Below are positions 52,076 through 64,000 of a DNA stretch of 64,000 bases, one piece after another. Below the pieces are notes generated by a model. It was not told the origin of the DNA. It saw nothing but the letters and a program-made list of their open reading frames with translations, and ran no database searches. A program made the translations under genes and the position numbers. Origin of the DNA: Felis catus (lineage: Eukaryota); contig NC_058368.1 of the NCBI RefSeq assembly GCF_018350175.1, forward strand, positions 37,946,001 to 38,010,000, read 5' to 3'. The first letter of the stretch is position 1. Every line of letters starts with the position of its first letter.

Positions 52076-52290
52076 GGGGCGCCTGGGTGGCTCAGTTGGT
52101 TAAGCGTCCGACTTCGGCTCAGGTCATGATCTCGCGGTCCGTGAGTTCGAGCCCCGCGTCAGGCTCTGTGCTGACAGCTCAGAGCCTGGAGCCTGTTTCA
52201 GACTCTGTGTCTTCCACTCTCTGACCCTCCCCCGTTCATGCTCTGTCTCTGTCTCAAAAATAAATAAACATTAACAAAATTTAAAAAAAA
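52076..52290 (+). mobile_element. CanSINE
   Basis: TSD aaaaaagtggtcaga/aaaaaagtgggtaga. Confidence 0.95.
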
Positions 52291-52578
52291 GTGGGTAGAG
52301 AACCTGAATAGACATTTTCCCAAATAAGATATACAGATGGCTACCAGACAAATGAAAAAGATGGTCAACATTAGTAATTATCAGGGAAATACAAATCAAA
52401 AACCACAATGAGATATCACCTTATACCTTTCAAAAGGGCTTACATCAAAAAGACAAGAAACAACAAGTGTTGTCAAGGATGTGGAGAAAAAGAATTCCTC
52501 ACACACTGTTGCTGGGAATGTAAATTGGTTCAGCCATTAGGGAAAACAGTGCGGAAGTTCCTCAAAAATTAAAATCAT

Positions 52579-53022
52579 GGGGTGCCTGGGTGGCTCAGTC
52601 GGTTAGGTGGCCGGATTTGGCTTAAGGTCATGATCTCACAGCCTATGAGTTTGAGCCCCGCATGGGGCTCTGTGCTGACAGCTCAGAGCCTGGAGCCTGC
52701 TTCAGATTCTGTGTCACCCTCTCTCTCTGCCCCTCCCCCACTCACCCTCTGTCTCTCTCTCTCAAAAATAACTACACATTGGGGCGCCTGGGTGCGCAGT
52801 CGGTTAAGCATCCGACTTCAGCCAGGTCACCATCTCGCAGTCCGTGAGTTTGAGCCCCGCGTCAGGCTCTGGGCTGATGGCTCGGAGCCTGGAGCCTGTT
52901 TCCGATTCTGTGTCTCCCTCTCTCTCTCTGCCCCTCCCCCGTTCATGCTCTGTCTCTCTCTGTTGCAAAAATAAACGTTGAAAAAAAAAATTAAAAAAAA
53001 AAACTACACATTAAAAAAATTA
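52579..53022 (+). mobile_element. CanSINE with a younger SINE in its tail
   Basis: outer TSD aaaaattaaaatca. Confidence 0.9.
52781..53001 (+). mobile_element. young SINEC_Fc-type CanSINE nested in a SINE tail
   Basis: TSD aactacacatt at 52770 and 53002. Confidence 0.95.
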
Positions 53023-53199
53023 AAAAATTAAAATCACATATGATCCAATAATTCTACTTCTGTGTATTTATGGAAAGAAAATGAAAACACTAATCCAAAA
53101 AGATATATGCACCCCTATGTTTATTGCAGGATTATCTACAATAGTCAAGATATGGAAGCAACTCAAGTGTCCATCAATAGATGAATGGATAAAGAAGTT

Positions 53200-53277
<78 letters not shown>

Positions 53278-53759
53278 GGAATCGTACTCAGCCATAAAAA
53301 AGAATGAAATCTTGCCAGTTGCAGTTGCGACAACATGGATAGACCTAGAGGACATTATGCTAAATGGAATAAGTCAGAGAAAGACAAATGCCATATGATT
53401 TCACTTACATGTGGAATCTTAAAAAAAAAAAAAAAGCAAAAAGCAGAAAGAGACCGATAAATACAGAGAACTGGTCATTGCCAGAGAGGAGGGAGGTAGG
53501 AGGATGGTCAAAACGAGTGAAGGGGAGCGGGAGGTACAGACTTCTCGTTGTGGAGTGAATACATCGTGAGGCTAAAAAAACAGCATAGGGAATATAGTCA
53601 ACGGTATTGTAATAGCATCATATGGCGACGGGCGGTAGGTGCACTTGTGGTGAGCATGGTATTGAGTATAGACTTGTGTAATCGGTACGTTATATATTGG
53701 AAGATAATTTACATTACACTGTGTGTCAACTATATTAATGATAATAAAAACCCCAGAGT

Positions 53760-54280
53760 AGATAGTCTGAGAAGGCATCCTTTTCCAAGAGTGGTTGTAG
53801 GAGTGCTGACAACACTACTTCATCTTTGGCCCTTTATCTTGGTCTCCCCTCTGACGCACAGATAGCACCACTTTAGATAATGAGTACAGATGATCGTGCA
53901 CAGAAGTCTCCACTTCAGATAACAGCTCCGTGGCCTCACCACCATGCCCCTCACTCTATAAAAGCTCTGGGTTGAGGGCGGGGCTTGGCGTTGAATAGTT
54001 GCGTAGGGCTCTGGATTCTTCACTCGTCCCCCTCCTTATCAGTAAGTTACCCTGAGTAAAATTCTAAATGGTGTGGAGCGGGCTTGCTTTGTAGTTTGGT
54101 GTTCAAGTGCCTTCTGAGCTGGCAGTGAGAGCCTGCTTGGGATTCTCTCCCTCTGTGCCTGTTCCCTGTTTGTGGGCTCTCTCTCAAAATAAATAAATGA
54201 ACTTTAAAAATATAAAATAAAAAACTAAAGTGCCCTCTCAAGATGGAGGGTATTTACTGACCCTCCTCCACCTTCTCACA
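53760..54280 (+). mobile_element. probable LTR (family unassigned), interrupted by a SINE fragment
   Basis: tataaaag at ~53956, agtaaa polyA-like signal at ~54056, terminal ...ccttctcaca; left boundary uncertain. Confidence 0.45.
54117..54227 (+). mobile_element. 5'-truncated CanSINE
   Basis: gagcctgcttgggattctctccctc...aaaataaataaa; TSD aagtgccttct/aagtgccctct. Confidence 0.85.
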
Positions 54281-54503
54281 GTGGTTTTGCAAAATTTAAC
54301 TGGGGTTAAATCAGAGCTCACGTTAGAGGCAAGCATTTGAATGCAAAGTTCACTTTCCATGATGGATATAGAAATGGACAAAGTAAACTGTGACTCAGGG
54401 TGGGTTATGACAACAATGGGAAATTAGGTTGATATGCAAATGGAAGCCCAATAAGGATGGGAACAAAAAAAAAAAGGGAGCATGGGATACTGTAGCATAT
54501 TTT

Positions 54504-54720
54504 ATTTTATTTTTTTAATGTTTTATTTATTTTTGAGACAGAGAGAGACAGAGCATGAATGGGGGAGGGTCAGAGAGAGAGGGAGATACAGAATCCGAAG
54601 CAGTCTCCGGGCTCTGAGCTGTCAGCACAGAGCCCGACGCGGGGCTCGAACCCACGGACCATGAGATCATGACCTGAGCTGAAGTCGGATGCTTAACCGA
54701 CTGAGCCACCCAGGCGCCCC
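54504..54720 (-). mobile_element. CanSINE
   Basis: TSD tgtagcatatttt. Confidence 0.95.
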
Positions 54721-55289
54721 TGTAGCATATTTTAAAATGGGACGTTATTAGCTTAGTGCTAGCACCCCAGATTACAGGTTAGGGACTGCAGAATATTGTC
54801 AAGCCTGGCCTATGAGCAAAGAGACAAATCCAAATATGTAGAGCTGTTGGATGCTTTTTGGCCCAGGTCCTGGACCAAACTGAGCCCACAGACTAGCGGT
54901 TTTCAGATGGCCAATTCAGGGCAAGCCAGGGTTTAGGCAGTCAGAACTGAGGGTCGCCAATGGCAATCTAAACATTCTAGGGGATGGGCTTGTACAACGC
55001 AGGATGATGTTGAGAATTCTATAGCATCTTCTGTGAGAGTTTGCATGTGCTGTGTTTTTAACTCCTCTGTTTAGTAGAAGAGAGAAGTAGGAACATGATA
55101 AACAGAAAGCCTGATTGTGTAAATCCAGAATGGTTTTCTGGTGGCGAGTGTGGTTGTGTAACAAGTATAAAATATTAACCAATAAGAAAGCCTTTTAATT
55201 AAGAACTTTTATAAATTTAGAGTATTAATGGTGAAATACTACTTTTTCAATTTCACAACATGTCTTTATTTGGTAATGATTAAAATTTG

Positions 55290-55710
55290 TTTTGTTTTTT
55301 TTAAGTTTTTGTTTAAATTCCAGTTAAGGGACAGTGTAATATTAGTTTCACTTCGTTCATGTAGTGATTCAGCACCAGGTGCTCATCACATCAAGTTCAC
55401 GCCTTAATCCCCAACACCTATTTAACCCATCCCCCAACCATCTCCCCTCTGGTAACCATCAATTCTCTATCATTAAGAGTCTGTTTCTTGGTTTGCCTCT
55501 CTTTTTTTCCCCTTTGCTCGTTTCTTTTGTTTCTTAAATTCTACATGAGTGAAATCATGTGGTGTTTTTCTTTCTATGACTGACTTATTTCATTAACATT
55601 ATACTCTCTAGCTCCATCCATGTCATTGCAAATGGCAAGACTTCATTCTTTTTTATGGCTGAGTAATCTCTATACTACATCTTTATTCATGGGTAGATGA
55701 ACACTTGGGC
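55290..55710 (-). mobile_element. carnivore L1 3' end fragment
   Basis: gtgctcatcaca...ccctctggtaaccatc...gcaaatggcaagacttcattcttttttatggctgagtaa. Confidence 0.88.
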
Positions 55711-56629
55711 AAAAGTTGTTCTAACACAAAGTCTAGACAGCTATTTATGTCAATATATGGCCATATTATAATGCTATGAGAGGCAGAACAAAATATGAAA
55801 TTTATAGGTCCATGCTTATTTCCTCTTTCTAATGCAAGTATAGATTTTAATGTTTTGTTTAATGATGTACCAGAGAAGTTTGGGTCACTATCTTAACTTT
55901 TATTTGCAAACTGCCTGGGTGACATTGGTTATCAACATGAAAACTTTCAAGTATAATCTGTCACCTTTTTAATAATACTAATCCAAGCTAATTGTTTTTT
56001 TCTGGTATTGGAAACTGAGTGGTTTAAATGAGTTTGATTTATAAAAGTTCTGAGTATTAATATTTGTATTATGTGTTTTAACATAATCTCCTTCTGACAT
56101 TGCTAATTGTGTTTAAAACAAAACATTTAATGTGTTCTAGTTGATTAACCCTACTTCAATGATTTCTAATACCACTCCTGCCTTTTAGCAAGTTTTTACA
56201 TCTGATTGATCTAATTTAAATTTTTTTCTCTTTTAATGATTGCCCCTACTCTTCACCAATATTACAATATTTTAATTTTTGTATATTTATAGAATATCTA
56301 TGCTAGAATAAATTCTGCTACTCTGTGGATCAATTTAGGAGATGATTGAATGTATTATTTCATTGAGTCTTTTAGTCCATTAACAATTAAGCTGACTTTA
56401 TGTCTTTCCATAATTTCTGTAACTATTTCCTAAGAAATGTTCTATGTCTTTTGCTAGCTATATTTTGATTTTATTCTCAGTTATGAGTAGGATCTTTGTC
56501 TCCAAAGAATGATAATTATTTTTGTATGCTAATCTTTAGCTAGCCAACATGCATAATTATCCTAATAATTCAAATGGTTTGTATATATGAGTTTATGGAT
56601 TTTCTATGCAGTCAATTAAAGGTAAATAA

Positions 56630-56865
56630 GTTTTTTTTTTTAAGTTTATCTATTTGGAAAGAGAGAGAGAGAGAGTACGAGAATGTGCGAGCGAGCATGC
56701 ACAAGCAGGGGAGGGACAGAGAGAGAGGGAGACTGAGAATCTCAAGCAGGCTTTGCACTATCAGCACAGAGCCTGGCACGGGGCTTGAACACATGAACCG
56801 TGAGATTATGACCTGAGCCAAAGTCAAGAGTTGGACTTTAACCGACTGATCCACCCAGGTGCACC
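56630..56865 (-). mobile_element. older CanSINE within degraded L1-like sequence
   Basis: gagattatgacctgagccaaagtcaagagttgg. Confidence 0.9.
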
Positions 56866-57234
56866 AAAAGCAAAGAAGTTTTTATTTCTTCTTATGACTC
56901 CTATGAACTTTTGTCTCTGATTTTATTTCATTGGCCGGGGCCTCTAATACAAGACTGAATATACATGGTGGAAAGGGCTACGTTCTTATTTCAACTCAGT
57001 ATTCTTCAGGCATAGGTTTACTGGTAATTTTTAATAAGTCATTCATTAAGTTAACATTTTATTTCTAGTATTTCTAGTTTTCTAAATTTTCTATAAGTAA
57101 CAAACAAATGTTGACATTTGCTAACTACTTTTAACCATCGACTTGAGGATCATAATTTTCAACTTCTAATTTCTCAATATACAGTTGGTTTTCAAACTGG
57201 AAGACACATAATCCTTAAAAATGTTCAAACTTCC

Positions 57235-57453
57235 GGGGCGCCTGGGTGGCGCAGTCGGTTAAGCGTCCGACTTCAGCCAGGTCACGATCTCGCGGTCTGT
57301 GAGTTCGAGCCCCGCGTCAGGCTCTGGGCTGATGGCTCAGAGCCTGGAGCCTGCTTCCGATTCTGTGTCTCCTTCTCTCTCTGCCCCTCCCCCATTCATG
57401 CTCTGTCTCTCTCTGTCTCAAAAATAAATAAATGTTAAAAAAAAAATTAAAAA
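57235..57453 (+). mobile_element. young SINEC_Fc-type CanSINE
   Basis: TSD aaaaatgttcaaacttcc/aaaaatgtccaaacttcc. Confidence 0.96.
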
Positions 57454-58139
57454 AAAATGTCCAAACTTCCCAAAGACTACATAGACTTGAGTGATTGCAA
57501 AACACTTTCAACATTCTTAATTTCATTTGTGTTCTTTCTTAATAGAGATGTGTGAACATGTACACATTGCCCTTCTACAGTTGCCCTTTGTGTGTAAACA
57601 AACAAAATCCTAATTTAACCCATCTAGAATTTTTCTATGATGAATTGCCACTAGTTATGAAGTATGCTGCACATAACACAAAGGGAAAAATTAAACCTGT
57701 GTCTGCAAAGAGTTTTTAAGTCAAGGTACCATGAAGCCAAAAAGCACATAGTATCTTTCTCTGTCCTACGTGTGTTTTGCTTAAGGGTGCCTAGTGGGGT
57801 GTAAGAATGGGCTATTTTGACCTATATCAAGATATTCAGGATCCAGAAATGTTGTAATGAAGTGGGAATGATGATAGCTTTCAGTTAATAACTTCACCTC
57901 TTCAACTTCTCAATTATTGTACAAGAATACTTCACTTCTAAGGGAGAATCCAATGAGAGAGAAGAGAGCATCCTTATATAGCAATGAGTGCTATTTACAT
58001 GATCTTTATTTCTTTTATGTTAGAAATTCATAGTAACCCTTTCTATTTTATCTATTATCGATTATATTACTGTTTCCCTCTTTTTACTCCCTTTCTGAAA
58101 AGCAAGCAAACATCCAGGGCCTTTGTCATGTGGTGTTAC

Positions 58140-58510
58140 TTTGGCTTCCATTAGTTAGCTGAGTTTTTATCCAGATCCTTCTCTGATGGATGGAATATAA
58201 GATGGAGAAGAGAAAGTGGCAGTGTAAGATGCAGGCTAGTGCTTTCAGAACCCAACCTTTTTATATGTTCATTCTCCACCATGAGAAAAACATATTGTGG
58301 GCAGTGTTGCTTCTTCAGCCTGGGTCCCAGAAGGAAGCCAGAGGATAGCAGCACTAAATTGCCCCAAAGCCTTGCTTCCTTTGAAATAACCCAGAAGGCA
58401 GACCTGAAAACTCACTGTGGCTTATGCTCAAAGGGTGAGGGCAAAGTACAAAAGCCACATCTCTCTGATAGTAAAACAAAACACTGAAGTAGGTGCTGCA
58501 TTCACAAGTC
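58140..58510 (+). mobile_element. MLT1-like LTR relic
   Basis: accatgagaaaaacata...gcttcttcagcctgggtcccagaagga. Confidence 0.5.
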
Positions 58511-61500
58511 TATTGTGGGAAGTTTGGACATTGTGGAGAACACTCCCTTTGTAATCCTTGTGAATAACGAACATTGTGATGAGCAAGATTAGGAATTACT
58601 TCTTTGAAGTTCCTATTCTCTTTGCCCTGTGAATCAAAGCAAGGCCTACAGCTCTAGATTTTTCCCTGAGCACAGATAAGAACCCTGGAAAAGAATGCAG
58701 CTTGGGGACCCAGGTGCATGTTTTATATGTACGTGGTTTGCATTCCATCCTTCCTTTAAAGGATAGACTCCTCTTGAGTGTTATTATAAATTGTATCTAA
58801 ATTTAAAGCACTGCCAAAGGATGGAAACATAGTGTGGTGTATTCCCAAATGAAGAAGATCTATTCCCTGACAAAGCAAACTGTCACACTGTGAGGAAGAA
58901 CAAGACTAAAAAAAAAAAGAAAAAGAAAAAAACTTATGTGAAAGCTAATATTTTTTCTGCTAAAGCAACTTAGCTGAAGTGGAACACTGAGAATTATATT
59001 TAGGTACTGGTATTTTTGCACTAAGAGGACACACAGAAGGAGAAACTGGAAACTATTGGGACTGATGCATGTGTTCTAAGTTCTAGTTCTGGAATTATAA
59101 ATAGCGAAGTAACAACCTGGATTCATTTAGAAGGCTACATTTAGGACACTCTAATATTGCTACAGAGTTTTGATTAAAAATATTACAAAAGAAACTACAG
59201 GAGCACCCACAAAACTACAGGAGCACCCACAAAAGAAGTACTGTCATGCCCTATGCATTAAATACATTAGTCAACATATTTTCAGAAACTGTAATCCAAG
59301 ATACACATTTCTGAGGGTTACAGATAGCTATTGAACAGATTGTTTCTCAGGTAGGTTATCCTAGAATCAAGCTATTCTACAAAGAGTGAGGGGAAAAAAA
59401 GAGAAACTAATCATTTAAAGTTCAACAGCTATTAATGCCTAGCTTTGGGATTAAATACATATTCCGAATCATACTTGCCATTGCAGTGGTAAAAATAAAG
59501 ACAATTATTAGGGTAATTAATAGCATTATGGGATGGGGGAAAAAAAAACAGGAATAACAGAATGATTGGTCGCCACTCCCAATTCTCCAGAGATCTTTTT
59601 GCAAAGCTAAAAACCAAAAGGGATAAGCAGAAATGAAAGTAAGGTAACACTTGATAAAGGTAACACTTGATAATTTATGCTTGTACCTAAATCTCTGTGC
59701 AGGAAACAGTGAATGAGAAAACTTGATTTAGACTCAAACCTTCCCTAGCTTTTCCTTTTCCACAGCTAACACCCAAAGTGAACAGAAAAATTATGAGAAG
59801 AAAGCATCCTGGATCACAGGAGACAAGAGGGAGATGTTTGACTCTCAAAAGAACATTAATCCATTTTCTACCCTGAAGCTTGTATGCAAAGACATAAATA
59901 TCATGGATTAAATTATGGGAATCCCAGATAATGAAAATTGCATTATCTTTGTCCTAGGATGTGACCAATCAGATTAAACTGCCCATCCTTGAGATGGGAT
60001 AGAGAAGGGTAAAGAAAGGAGTAAGTGTAAATATTTCTTATCAAAATCTGGTTTACTAATAATTTTGATAAATGCCTATTTTAAAAACAAAAGCAGTGTG
60101 CTCTTCTTTTTCTAGGTAGTAGTAGAAATTCAACAGAAAACAGTATTTGTAGGTTCTGAGACTTTCAAAGGAAAAAAGTTAGCTTAAGGATGCTAAGAAA
60201 TAGCTAAGAAAATGCATGTCCTCTTAACCATGAATGAATCAAAGATGGGAAAAGGAAATATGTAAAAAGAATGGCTGCAGCAAAGACTGTGATAAATCAG
60301 AAGGCTAATGAGGAAAAGGAGAATGTTTTTAAGCAGGACACTTAGCAAAGAAATGTATGTGACTAAAATAAAATATATGTAAAAGGTAAGCCAAATATAA
60401 CTCTAGTCTTACAAAAATTTTAAGGGAAAATCATTGAATTTAACTAAGTTCAAAATACCTATTTTGAACAGAATGATTATTAAAGTATAGAAACTAGAAA
60501 ATATCTAAAATACATAATTCTCTCTCAATGAAGACTTACCAAATGAAATCAAGTTTTTAATTTTGGAAAAAATATTATCTAAAGGCAGAATCTAAAAACA
60601 ACAACAAAAATAAAGACCAATGGCAAAAAAAGAACCCTTACCTCAAAGAACAATAGCCACCAACATTTGAGAACTCAAGAAAAGTTAGAAAATTGAGAAT
60701 AGAGAATATTCTTCTTATACAGTGTTAACTGTTGATATGAGAGCTTGAGACCAAGCTCATTGAGACCAAGACCAAGTGTAAGTCACTTGTAAAATTCTAG
60801 AATCGTTTAGAGGATATGATGTTGAATTCTTAAAAAGGATGACTAATACAGTTTTACCAAGAAAGATGATGTCAGGGAAACCTCACTTCTTCTGAGTATG
60901 CATCTGATTGGTTCTACATCATGAAACCTGTGACAACATAGATCTATATCAGTTAGCATTGTGACAAAAGAAAGTTTCTCATGAGACACTCCAGAACTAT
61001 ACTTTATCTACTATAAAGGTAGATTGAAAAGTTTAAGTTGACTTCTGCAGGTTCGTTCTTGGCTTTCTCCTGTTCACCACATCAGAAACAATAAAAAGTT
61101 TAGAAGCTAAAGCTGAAGCAGAATTCGTAAAATCTTGCGATACTGGATATGCTATGGTTAAACTGTAACCCAAGAATACTACTTCAGTTGAAAGGAAGGT
61201 GTCTTAAAAATGCGTTTCGGGAAGCTGCTGGTACCAAGTTCTCCCCCCTGCCACCGAAGTAAAGAAATTTATGTTTATAGCCTGCATCTCACTAAGGAAA
61301 GAGGCAATGAGAATGGAAAGGAAGAGGCAGGTGGATGTGAGAGATATCATGGGCATATGATGAGCAAAATCTGTTTACCAGCTACATGTTATACAAGAAA
61401 AACTAAGAATTTAAGTTGATTCTTAAGTTTCAAGCCTTGATCAGTAGAAGCAGTCAAATACGTATTTTTAAACTAGAATAGAGTAGAAATCCTGAGGAAC

Positions 61501-61909
61501 TTTTCATTGGTGTGTGTTGATAATTATACTGTGAAATGTACTGAATTTTGCTAAGCGATGAAGAGAACAATATATTCTTCATTAATTTAAGAAGCCACTT
61601 GTGTAGCCTTCATGGAGAACACAGTATGTACAAAGAACCCGTGTATATATCAAAGTGGGAAAATACAGAAGCTATGAGAGTTCAGATACAAAGGATCACA
61701 AGTCAGCAAGGGTAGGACTGAAACTCCTGGCTAGTTGACTCCAAATCTCATGTTTTCTTTCTCTAACCTGAACCAGGCTTGTGAAAAAATAAGCATAAAA
61801 TATCTACTTATTCAATCATTGCTGCTTTGCTAAATTCTAAGCTTTTATCTTGTCCCTCAGAGAGTTAATTCAGCTTTTCTCAGCAGCAGTGTGCCTTGTG
61901 AGCCTTCAA

Positions 61910-62090
61910 AGCTCAGAGTGGAACTGGTTTTAGTCACATGTGGATTGGAAACCAGACTCCCTATTAAACAGGTATATGACCTTGAGTGACTGCCTTAACC
62001 TCCCTGAGGATGAACAGAGTTGTTAATGGGCTCACAAAGCAGGCCAGTAAGTAGTCCTCACAAAGTGCAATTAGAGAAAGCAGGCAAGCC
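61910..62090 (+). mobile_element. MIR fragment
   Basis: tatgaccttgagtgactgccttaacctccctgag. Confidence 0.55.
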
Positions 62091-62224
62091 AATTAGTAAT
62101 CAGAGACAGGAATTGATTCAGATAGGCATCAGGAATGCTCACTACTGGGTGATATCACTCACTCAACCAATCAATCATCCTGGGTGAAGAAAGGAGAAAG
62201 AATCATGAAAGATCTCTTGGATAT

Positions 62225-62461
62225 GTATGTACTGATTTTGACTTCTTTTTTTGTTTTGTTTATTTATTTTGAGAGCATGTGTGCATGTGCACATGCAGGG
62301 GAGGAAGGGGGAGGGAGAGAGAGAGAGGAGAAAGAGAGAAAGGGAGAAAGAGAAAGAAAATCCCCAGCATGAAACAGGGCTGAACCCAGGAACTGTAAGA
62401 TCATGTTCTAAGCCAAAACCAAGAGTCAGAAACTTAACCGACTGAGCTTCCCAGGCACCCC
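62225..62461 (-). mobile_element. older CanSINE
   Basis: ccaagagtcagaaacttaaccgactgagc; TSD tgacttcttt. Confidence 0.9.
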
Positions 62462-62827
62462 TGACTTCTTTTGTGTCTGAGGTCCATGACATCTGTTTTT
62501 AAGGGGTGTTCATTTGAGAAGCAGTGAGCAGTTGGAAAACTAGAGCACTGAACTAAGAACAAACAATATATCTTAAAATATTATGTGCTTATTGTCAAAT
62601 TTTGGTTTAGATTATAGAAATAGTAATGCTAAAGAGCTAAGGAGTTTTGCTTCCCAGCATTTATCTATTAGGAACATGCTGTTGACCCCTATTGCCAGTA
62701 CTTGAATATCTCTGGACCCACTTCTCTGCTCTGTGGAATGATGGTTTGGAATAAGTCATTTTCAGGGACCTCTTTGACATAAAACGTCTATGATTCTTTT
62801 TAGTTCTAACAAAAACAACAGAGATAG

Positions 62828-63044
62828 AGGGGCTCCTGGGTGGCTCAGTCAGTTGGGCATCCAACTTCAGCTCAGGTCGTGATCTCACAGTTTGTGGGTT
62901 CGAGTACCGTGTTGGGCTCTGTGCTGACAGCTCCGAGCCTGGAGTCTGCTTCCGATACTGTGTCTTCCTGTGTGACCCTCCCATGCTCATGATCTATCTG
63001 TCTCTCAATAATAAATAAAAGTTTTAAAAAAATTAAAAAAAAAA
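62828..63044 (+). mobile_element. CanSINE
   Basis: TSD acaacagagataga. Confidence 0.93.
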
Positions 63045-64000
63045 CACAACAGAGATAGAAAAGAAAGCTTCAAACAACAAATATATGCAAATATTAAAGA
63101 TAAACTGGGATTGAAAAGGAATAGTCTGTTAAGAAAAAGATCTTAATGTATCCTGTAAGCAATCATAAAGTTGAAGGTAAAGGGTGTTTCTATTTATAAA
63201 ATACAAATAAGTTTATAAAATAGATAGGCAGAAAGAAACCAAAAGTGGATAAATATTTGGAAATATTAATTGGATAAATATAAGAATATTTGTATAAACA
63301 ATATGTAACATTTATAGTAGTAAAAGGAATAAAAGCAGGTGTTAAACCCTACCAAATAGAGAAATAGGGAGGACCATTTATGGTTTATTATATATAATTG
63401 AGCTGAAAAAAGTTTTGATTATTAATAGAAAATGTTAATAAGAAATATAAAATTTTAGATGAGTCTTTAGTGAAATTCCACTGAGACATTTTATGGTAAA
63501 AAAATAGTAAGTTTCTTCATTTTTGTCATATAATCCTAAGAATTAAAAAAAAAATCAAGTGCACTGCATTTCAATCCTTTTTTTTTTTTTCATCGTTTCG
63601 TGAATCACATAATGCCCACACATGATAGAGCCTTATATTCTAAGGTTGTAAGATGTTGACAATGAACTACCTTGCCACCTGATCCCGGTGCCATTATTCA
63701 ATGCTTTTTGTTAAACATGGGATTTTTCTATTACTCTTATTTAAGTCCACCTGAAAGGGCTGTTAAAAGTGCTGTGATTGTTGTTCTTGTATCCTACCAG
63801 CATGGTTAGCCATGAGACATGGTTTGAAATTGGATTTCATTAATAGCTCAGCAGCCTATTAGTATCCCCTCTGTATGAAGGCATGTCAGATTCATAGAGA
63901 ACAAGCAGGGACCCGTCTTAGTTTGATCTCACAGGCACCATCCTTTCTAAAGTAAGGTAACATGCTCAATCAAACCACGGGTCTTGATGCATCCTCGTTT

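Larger units (their letters stand above)
51688..53750 (+). mobile_element. L1 ORF2 C-terminal part and 3'UTR with nested SINEs
   Basis: aactcaaaatgggttaaagacgtaaatgtgagacctgaaacc; aagtgtccatcaatagatgaatggataaag; (TA)n(CA)n at 53203-53273; 3' end tgtgtgtcaactata...aataaaaa. Confidence 0.9.

Noticed and set aside
59540..59625. Minus-strand acceptor-like ccttttggtttttag followed by an open frame
   Set aside because: No matching donor and no recognisable peptide.

Overview
AT-rich, repeat-dense mammalian DNA. It is almost certainly from a felid, because it carries many young SINEC_Fc-type CanSINEs and carnivore L1s. I found no recognisable host protein-coding gene or RNA gene; the ORF track is explained by SINE, L1 and ERV remnants, microsatellites and chance frames, so the window looks intergenic or deep-intronic. 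Main contents: about 27 CanSINEs of several ages, most with visible target-site duplications (TSDs); a full-length but inactivated ~7.3 kb L1 on the minus strand (25622-32916); a young 5'-inverted (twin-primed) L1; older L1, L2, MIR, MER20, MER45-like and MLT relics. There are also two different decayed class III (ERVL-like) endogenous retroviruses facing each other. One is an MLT2 LTR plus ERVL gag-pro (34321-36818, +). The other is a much more divergent gag-pro-RT-RNaseH-integrase fossil (~39060-42840, -) that the ORF track barely shows. Minor leads are a paired RFX X-box site near a possible exon and a local CpG/GC-gain patch. Repeat family names come from remembered consensus features, not database searches. 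I cannot support a claim of a new biological system here.
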